A DNA stretch of 50,557 bases from a virus (Duplodnaviria; Caudoviricetes). Shown one piece after another: positions 44,549 through 50,557 of the stretch. Numbering within the stretch: the first letter of the stretch is position 1; the number at the start of each line of letters is the position of its first letter. The stretch is taken from positions 1-50,557 of the IMG/VR virus record IMGVR_UViG_3300020477_000041; one strand, written 5' to 3'. The position numbers and the translations under genes were made by a program. Under the pieces are notes generated by a model. That model was not told the DNA's origin. It worked only from the letters and a program-made list of their open reading frames with translations, and made no database searches.

Positions 44549-45499
44549 ATGGCTTTTACTCGCGCTGGTGGGTATCAGAATTTACCGTCAGGTAATTTTG
44601 TACCTACAATTTACAGCCAAAAAGTTCTCAAGTTTTTCCGACGCGCATCGGTAGCTGAAGCAATCACCAATACCGACTATGCTGGTGAAATTGAGAATTT
44701 TGGCGATACCGTGAACATCATCAAAGAACCATCCATCACGGTGCGTTCTTATGCTAGAGGTTCGACGGTAAATACAGAAGATTTGTCTGATGACCAGATT
44801 CAACTGGTTGTTGATCAGGGCAACTACTTTGCCTTTAAGGTCGATGACATTGAAGAACGTCACAGTCATCTTAACTTTGAATCGCTTTCGACTTCTTCGG
44901 GTGCTTACTCGTTGAAGAAAGCGTTCGATTATAATGTCCTCAAGAACATTTACGACAATGCCGCTGCTTCCAGTGGCACTCTTGCAACACAAAGCACTTC
45001 TGCCGATACTGGTGATGAAGTTGCTAATCTGGTTGCACAGGCTGCTCGTAATCTTGACGAGAATGATGTTCCTGAAGAGAATCGTTGGCTTGTGGCACCA
45101 CCACAGTTCTACGAAGTTCTTAGAGGAGCATCGTCTAAGGTTATGGACATGTCGGTCACAGGTGGCGGTTCCTCGCCTCTTTTGAACGGCAAAGTAACTG
45201 CCCAACAGTTGCATGGTTTCGACCTGTATCAGTCCAACGCTATTGCAGTTGGTTCTACAGGTACTGCGGCTACGCATACTTTTGGCTCTGGTACAAACTC
45301 TGGTGAAACTCTTATTCTGTATGGGCATCAAAGTGCTGTTGTTACTGCTTCGCACATTGCCAAGACAGAAGTGATTCGTGACCCCGACAGCTTTGCTGAC
45401 ATTGTTAGAGGTCTTCACGTTTTCGGACGTAAGGTTCTCAAAGGCAGTGGCACTGGCTTCAAGGGCGCGTTCAAGGGTTTGCTGGACTTAGACAGTTAA
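44549..45499 (+). CDS. Major capsid protein
   Basis: FVPTIYSQKVL, TNTDYAGEIENFGDTVNI, FKVDDIE, VPEENRWLV, FADIVRGLHVFG; strong SD; expression-biased codons. Confidence 0.9.
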   Translation: MAFTRAGGYQNLPSGNFVPTIYSQKVLKFFRRASVAEAITNTDYAGEIENFGDTVNIIKEPSITVRSYARGSTVNTEDLSDDQIQLVVDQGNYFAFKVDDIEERHSHLNFESLSTSSGAYSLKKAFDYNVLKNIYDNAAASSGTLATQSTSADTGDEVANLVAQAARNLDENDVPEENRWLVAPPQFYEVLRGASSKVMDMSVTGGGSSPLLNGKVTAQQLHGFDLYQSNAIAVGSTGTAATHTFGSGTNSGETLILYGHQSAVVTASHIAKTEVIRDPDSFADIVRGLHVFGRKVLKGSGTGFKGAFKGLLDLDS

Positions 45500-45515
45500 A
45501 AGGGAGGACTGAAAA

Positions 45516-45983
45516 ATGGCTACTTATACTATTACAGGTGGTGGCACTACAGGTCTTTCCTCTAGTGCGCCTAAAGTTCGCGTAGCAAGCGTAGTTGTTG
45601 ACTTCTCGTCTACTACGAATGCTGCGGGTGATGTTTTTGAGTGTATTGAAGTTCCAGCAAATAGTTATGTTGTTACTGCTGGTGTTGATATTCTTACTGT
45701 TGGAACAGGCAGTGGAACTATCTCTCTTGGAGATGGTGATGATGTCGACCGTTATGTAGCGGCTGTTGTTATGACAGCGGCTGGTCAGAAAACTATCGTA
45801 GCTCAAGCTGGTACTAGTGTTATGGGTACTACTTCTGCGGGATACGGCATTTATGCTGATTCTGATACAATTGATATTGTTACTGCGACTGCTGCCGTAA
45901 ACGGTGTTTGCCGTGTTTGGGCAATTATTGCAGATGTTGATGGTATTGGTGACGGTCAAGGTCAAAAGGTAACTTTCGCCTAA
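45516..45983 (+). CDS. Putative minor capsid/decoration protein
   Basis: SD GGGAGG; small beta-rich protein co-transcribed with the MCP ahead of a hairpin. Confidence 0.6.
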   Translation: MATYTITGGGTTGLSSSAPKVRVASVVVDFSSTTNAAGDVFECIEVPANSYVVTAGVDILTVGTGSGTISLGDGDDVDRYVAAVVMTAAGQKTIVAQAGTSVMGTTSAGYGIYADSDTIDIVTATAAVNGVCRVWAIIADVDGIGDGQGQKVTFA

Positions 45984-45997
45984 CCTGATCTAAAATT

Positions 45998-46027
45998 GTG
46001 TGGGGGAGATTAATTTCTCCCTCACAC
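45998..46027 (+). terminator. Hairpin after capsid genes
   Basis: GTGTGGGGGAGA/TCTCCCTCACAC followed by T-rich sequence. Confidence 0.7.
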
Positions 46028-46068
46028 TTCATATCTTTTTAATTCTTTTAAAACAGCATGGATGAAAA

Positions 46069-47112
46069 ATGGCTACATTTCTAGCACTGACGAATAGAAT
46101 ACTTAATGAGTTAAATGAACCTGAACTTACTTCAGGTACTTTTACAAGTTCTAGAGGTATTCAGACTATCGCTAAGAACATGGTAAATAAAAGTGTTCAC
46201 GATATCTATAATTCTGAAATAGAGTGGCCTTTTATTCATAGCGATCAAACTGACTCTCTTACTGCTGGAACACAAGAATATAGCTTTCCTTCTGATCACA
46301 GAAAAGTTAAAGTAGGTACGTTTATTCTTGTTCCTTCTAATCTTATTACAAACGGTACGTTTGATTCTAATATTAATTCTTGGTCTACAACATCTGGTAG
46401 TCCATCTCACTCATCAGGTGTTATGAGACTTAACTCCGCTGGCGCAGAACAATCATTTAGCACTGTAGTAAATAAACAGTATGTTCTAAGATGCCGTACA
46501 TTTGGAGGTGATCTTACTTTAAATATAGGAACTGGTTCTGGTGGAACTCAAATAGATACACAAACATTAAGTGTTGACAACGTAGGTGACGGACAGTATC
46601 ATGCAATTAAGTTTGCTGCTACAACAACTACAACATATGTAGGATTTGTTAACTCTGCTTCTGCTAATTACGATGTAGATAATGTAGAAGTATCTGAAGA
46701 TATTCCACCAAGACGATTAAAATTCTTGTCGTATGAGGAGTGGTACGAGAAATTTTCAGCAAGAGATTTAGACCCTACTCAAAAGGAACAGTTTGGTCTT
46801 CCTGAGTATGTGTACGAAACATTTGATGATAAGTACGGTCTTACTCCTATTCCAGATAGAAGTACTATAAGTGTAAAGTACGAATATTACAAAGTACACA
46901 CTGATTTAGATGCACATGGCGACACGCCTGATCTTCCATCGCGATATGACGATGTAATAGTAAACAGAGGAAAGTATTATCTGCACATTGTAAGAGCTAA
47001 TATGCCAGCAGCGCAACTTTCTGAAAAAGATTATAAAGAAGGTTTATCCAGAATGAGGATTGAACTTATAAATAAAAGAAATTATATTTTTGCATCAGGA
47101 TTGCATATCTAA
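46069..47112 (+). CDS. Head-tail adaptor (tail tubular protein A-like) with inserted beta-sandwich domain
   Basis: MATFLALTNRILNELNE, EWPF, LTAGTQEY, PIPD, PSRYDDVIV; insertion running NLITNGTFD...VDNVEV. Confidence 0.7.
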   Translation: MATFLALTNRILNELNEPELTSGTFTSSRGIQTIAKNMVNKSVHDIYNSEIEWPFIHSDQTDSLTAGTQEYSFPSDHRKVKVGTFILVPSNLITNGTFDSNINSWSTTSGSPSHSSGVMRLNSAGAEQSFSTVVNKQYVLRCRTFGGDLTLNIGTGSGGTQIDTQTLSVDNVGDGQYHAIKFAATTTTTYVGFVNSASANYDVDNVEVSEDIPPRRLKFLSYEEWYEKFSARDLDPTQKEQFGLPEYVYETFDDKYGLTPIPDRSTISVKYEYYKVHTDLDAHGDTPDLPSRYDDVIVNRGKYYLHIVRANMPAAQLSEKDYKEGLSRMRIELINKRNYIFASGLHI

Positions 47113-48605
47113 TGACACAACAAGTTACTTCCAGTATCGTTACCGTAAGTGGCGGTCTTATTCTTGATCAAGACGTTTATTCAACGCCGCCGGGAGCAGC
47201 TTCAATTTTAAGTAATTTTGAACCGTCTATTTTAGGAGGATACAGAAGACTTGAAGGAACTGCAAAATATTCTTCTTCTCAAGTAAACGGTTCTAATGTT
47301 GTTCAAGGTGTGTTTGTGTACAATGATCAAGTCTTCGCCATTTCTAACGGCACGTTAGCTCGTAGTTCAGGAAGTACTTGGACAAGTGTTACAACAGGTC
47401 TTAACTCAAGCGGAAGGTATATAGGAGAAAGATTTAATTACGAAAATACGGAAAAACTTATTCTTGTGAATGGAGCGGATGCTCCTCGCGTTCTTACTGG
47501 AAATACTGTTGCTACTATATCTTCTAGCGGAGTTGAAGGCGCTCAATACGTAGCTTCTTTTAGAAATCACATGTTTTATGCAGGAATGTCTTCAAATCCA
47601 CAAGAAATAGTTTTTTCTGCACCATTTAATGAAGATGATTTTACATCAGGAAATGGTGCTGGCTCTATTAAGGTTGACGATAGTGTTACAGGATTAAAAG
47701 TTTTTCGTGATAACCTTTTCATCTTTTGCCGCGATAGAATATTCAAACTTACAGGAAGTGGATTAGCTTCTTTTGCTATTGAGAATGTTTCTAGATTTAT
47801 TGGCTGTTTAGATGGATTTAGCATACAGGAGATAGGAGGTGATCTAGCGTTTCTCGGTCCTGATGGTATTCGCACAGTGCAAGGTACTGCTAGGATTGGC
47901 GATATCGAATTAGGTTCAATTTCTAAACCTATTCAAAGAAGATTTGAAGGCATTATACTAGACAGAATTAGTTCTGTTGTTATAAGAGAAAAAAGTCAAT
48001 ATCGTTTATTTACACCTTCAACAGGCGGTATTGAAAAAGCAGCAAAAGGTATAATAGGTGTTATTAAAGCTACTCCTCAAGGTGGTATAGGTTGGGAGTG
48101 GTCGGATTTAAAAGGCATCAAACCTTCTTGTTGTGATTCTCAATATATAAGTAACAGCGAAGTAGTTGTACATGGTGCGTATGATGGTTATGTATATCAA
48201 CAAGAAAGTGGTAATACTTTTGCAGGAACTAATATACGAGCATCTTATCGTTCTCCTGATCTTACATTAGGTGACGCGGGTATTCGTAAAAATATGCAAA
48301 GAATAAATGTTAACTACGATTCAGCGGGTGAAGTAGACCTTATGTTAGGTGTTAAGTTTGATTTTGAAAATGCTGATATTCCACAACCAGCTAACTACAG
48401 TCTTACTACTCAAGTTTCACACGCTTTGTATGGAAGTACAACATACGGTGGATCGACATACGGATCAGAAGGTTTTCCAATTGTGAGACAACCTATAGAA
48501 GGAAGTGGATTTACGGCAGTTGTTAAAATTGACGATACATCAAGTAATCCACCTATTACGTTAAAAGGTTTTCAATTAGAATTTACACCGGGAACAAGGA
48601 TGTAG
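47112..48605 (+). CDS. Tail nozzle (tail tubular protein B-like)
   Basis: NFEPSILGGYRR, propeller-like repeats, GCLDGFSIQEIGGDLAFLGPDGIRT; position. Confidence 0.75.
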   Translation: MTQQVTSSIVTVSGGLILDQDVYSTPPGAASILSNFEPSILGGYRRLEGTAKYSSSQVNGSNVVQGVFVYNDQVFAISNGTLARSSGSTWTSVTTGLNSSGRYIGERFNYENTEKLILVNGADAPRVLTGNTVATISSSGVEGAQYVASFRNHMFYAGMSSNPQEIVFSAPFNEDDFTSGNGAGSIKVDDSVTGLKVFRDNLFIFCRDRIFKLTGSGLASFAIENVSRFIGCLDGFSIQEIGGDLAFLGPDGIRTVQGTARIGDIELGSISKPIQRRFEGIILDRISSVVIREKSQYRLFTPSTGGIEKAAKGIIGVIKATPQGGIGWEWSDLKGIKPSCCDSQYISNSEVVVHGAYDGYVYQQESGNTFAGTNIRASYRSPDLTLGDAGIRKNMQRINVNYDSAGEVDLMLGVKFDFENADIPQPANYSLTTQVSHALYGSTTYGGSTYGSEGFPIVRQPIEGSGFTAVVKIDDTSSNPPITLKGFQLEFTPGTRM

Positions 48606-48609
48606 AAAA

Positions 48610-50557
48610 ATGGGTACAGCTTATTCAGCTAGACAAAGTAGTTACACACAAGGCGATACTATTGACGCTGATGATTCAAATGATGAATTTGATGCTATTT
48701 TAGCAGCGTTTGGAACTAGTGGACACTCACATGATGGTACTGCCGGTGAAGGTGGAGCAATTGCTAAACTTCTAAGCAATACTCTTACATTTGGTGCTGC
48801 TACGGCTGGAACAGATATTACCATTACGTTTGATGGCGAATCAAATGATGGTGTTCTTGCTTGGATGGAAGATGAAGACTACTTTAAATTCTCTGATGAT
48901 ATTCTTGTTAATTCTACAGAAAAGATTATGTTTGGAGATACTGCTTCATTTATTCATCAAAGTTCAGATGGTGTTCTTACTATTGATGGCGAAGCTACAA
49001 TTGACCTTAACGCATCTACAGCAGTTCTTGTAAGTAACGATCTAAAACTTAACAGCGATGCTGCTGTATTAGGTTTTGGTGCAGATAATGATGTAACACT
49101 AACTCACGTTGCTGATACTGGTGTGCTTTTAAATGGCACAATGGCTATTCAGTTTAATGACGCTTCTCAATATATCAACGCTCCAAGTGCTACTGTACTT
49201 GATATTAATGCTACAGATGAAGTTGAACTTAACGCTACATTAGTTGATGTAAATGCTAATCTTGATGTAAGTGGTACTTATACTGGTGGCGGTCTTATGA
49301 CTACTGGCGGTAACATTGTTATTCCTAATGCTGGTAATATTGGTTCTGCCAGTGATACTGATGCTATATCCATCTCTTCCGGTGGTGTTGTAACAATGAA
49401 TCAAATACCAGTATTTAGTGCTGGTATTAATGTTTCAGGTGGAACAATTGCTGGTACTCTTGCTACTGCCGCTCAAGGTAATGTTACTTCTCTTGGAACT
49501 CTTACAACTCTTACAATAGATGATATTATCATTAACGGTACTAATATTGGTCATACTTCTGATACTGATGCAATAGCCATCTCATCTGGTGGTGTTGTAA
49601 CAATGAATCAAATACCAGTATTTAGTGCTGGTATTAATGTTTCAGGTGGAACAATTGCTGGTACTCTTGCTACTGCCGCTCAAGGTAATGTTACTTCTCT
49701 TGGAACTCTTACAACTCTTACAGTTGATAATATTATTATTAACGGTACTACTATTGGTCATACTTCTGATACGGATTCAATAACAATTGCTTCTGATGGT
49801 AAAGTTACTTTTTCACAAGCAATACTAGCTGGAAGAACCTCCTCTACTATCACTTCAAATGCGCTGCAAGCATCTCTTCAAGTAATGGGGAATGACTACA
49901 ATAGTTCATCTATTTCTGCGATGAGATGGGGTGCAAATGCTAATGGAGCAACATTAAATCTAGGAAAATCAAGGAACGCCACCGTTGGAAGTAATACAGT
50001 TGTTAACAATAGCGATGAGTTAGGAAGGATTGATTTTAGCGGTGATGATGGGACAGATTATCAAACGCTTGCCGGTCGCATTAGCTCCGTTGTAAACGGT
50101 ACACCCGGCACTGGAGATATTCCTGCTGACCTAGTTTTCTCTCCGGGTGACGGCGGCTCGGTTGCTGAAGCTCTACGTCTAGCGGGTACTGGGTTAGCTG
50201 CCACATTCAAGGGTAACATTGTTATTCCTAATGCTGGTAATATTGGTTCTGCTTCTGACACAGATGCAATGGCAATTGCTTCTGACGGTAAAGTTACTTT
50301 TTCACAAGCAATGATTGTTCAAAATCAAGTCATCGCTACTTCACTAGATATATCTGGTGATGTTGATATTGATGGCACAACAAACCTAGATGCTGTTGAT
50401 ATTGATGGTGCTGTTCAAGCTGATGGCGCAATTACAGTTGGCGTAGACGGTACTGGTTATGACGTTAAATTTTTCGGCGATACGTCTGGCAAATACATGC
50501 TATGGGACGAAAGTGCTGATGTCCTGCATCTGCCTGACAACACAAAATTAAGGCTTG
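48610..50557 (+). CDS. Tail fibre protein, 3'-truncated (not in ORF track)
   Basis: ATG48610; MGTAYSARQSSYTQGDTIDADDSNDEFDAILAAFGTSGHSHDGTAGEG anchor; G/T/S/D-rich repeats; appears open to the window end. Confidence 0.85.
   Translation, partial: MGTAYSARQSSYTQGDTIDADDSNDEFDAILAAFGTSGHSHDGTAGEGGAIAKLLSNTLTFGAATAGTDITITFDGESNDGVLAWMEDEDYFKFSDDILVNSTEKIMFGDTASFIHQSSDGVLTIDGEATIDLNASTAVLVSNDLKLNSDAAVLGFGADNDVTLTHVADTGVLLNGTMAIQFNDASQYINAPSATVLDINATDEVELNATLVDVNANLDVSGTYTGGGLMTTGGNIVIPNAGNIGSASDTDAISISSGGVVTMNQIPVFSAGINVSGGTIAGTLATAAQGNVTSLGTLTTLTIDDIIINGTNIGHTSDTDAIAISSGGVVTMNQIPVFSAGINVSGGTIAGTLATAAQGNVTSLGTLTTLTVDNIIINGTTIGHTSDTDSITIASDGKVTFSQAILAGRTSSTITSNALQASLQVMGNDYNSSSISAMRWGANANGATLNLGKSRNATVGSNTVVNNSDELGRIDFSGDDGTDYQTLAGRISSVVNGTPGTGDIPADLVFSPGDGGSVAEALRLAGTGLAATFKGNIVIPNAGNIGSASDTDAMAIASDGKVTFSQAMIVQNQVIATSLDISGDVDIDGTTNLDAVDIDGAVQADGAITVGVDGTGYDVKFFGDTSGKYMLWDESADVLHLPDNTKLRL
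49354..49767 (+). repeat. 207-bp (69-aa) tandem duplication in tail fibre
   Basis: Units start at 49354 and 49561 (partial third at 49768); 49381-49515 matches 49588-49722. Confidence 0.9.

Noticed and set aside
44588-45418. 276-aa antisense ORF over the major capsid gene
   Set aside because: Shadow ORF from biased codon usage; no SD or protein-like features.
45475-45481. Slippery-like G GGT TTG near the MCP end (possible T7 10A/10B-type -1 frameshift)
   Set aside because: The -1 frame does not join the downstream gene, which is in the +1 frame and blocked by a TAG. It would add only ~35 aa, and Z=G is atypical.
48610-50557. Diversity-generating retroelement acting on the tail fibre
   Set aside because: No reverse transcriptase gene; differences between repeats are not adenine-specific.

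Overview
This window holds most of a low-GC dsDNA podovirus genome, linearised inside the tail-fibre region, so both ends are partial genes. No phage RNA polymerase and no CI-type repressor were recognised; several perfect sigma70 promoters point to reliance on host RNAP. Gene order: tail-fibre accessory genes, putative ejected/internal virion proteins (0.8-12.3 kb), holin-like genes, a reverse-strand block with an HNH nuclease and a lysozyme (13.4-15.2 kb), a T7-like replication and nucleotide module (ThyX, DenV-like glycosylase, PolA, SSB, tRNA-Arg, exonuclease, primase-helicase, endonuclease I, class II RNR; 15.2-26.3 kb), an early/accessory module whose second half is GC-richer (26.4-31.4 kb), a ~0.8 kb non-coding control region, then morphogenesis (TerS, TerL, portal, scaffold, major capsid, adaptor, nozzle, tail fibre). 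A marine alphaproteobacterial host is a plausible inference. Most notable signals: (1) an 885-aa tyrosine-recombinase-fold protein with the K-x-x-R variant of telomere resolvases/TopIB, placed between terminase and portal and resembling a virion cargo protein; (2) a control region with divergent perfect promoters, a G-quadruplex motif, an 18-bp palindrome, a LexA-like box and a 24-bp repeat shared with 15.56 kb; (3) strand-biased TGTCA clusters written into coding sequence; (4) a thrice-repeated RNA internal-loop motif at the scaffold start, one copy circularly permuted; (5) a degenerate Hint domain on an acidic morphogenesis protein. All calls come from motif recognition by eye; no searches were run.
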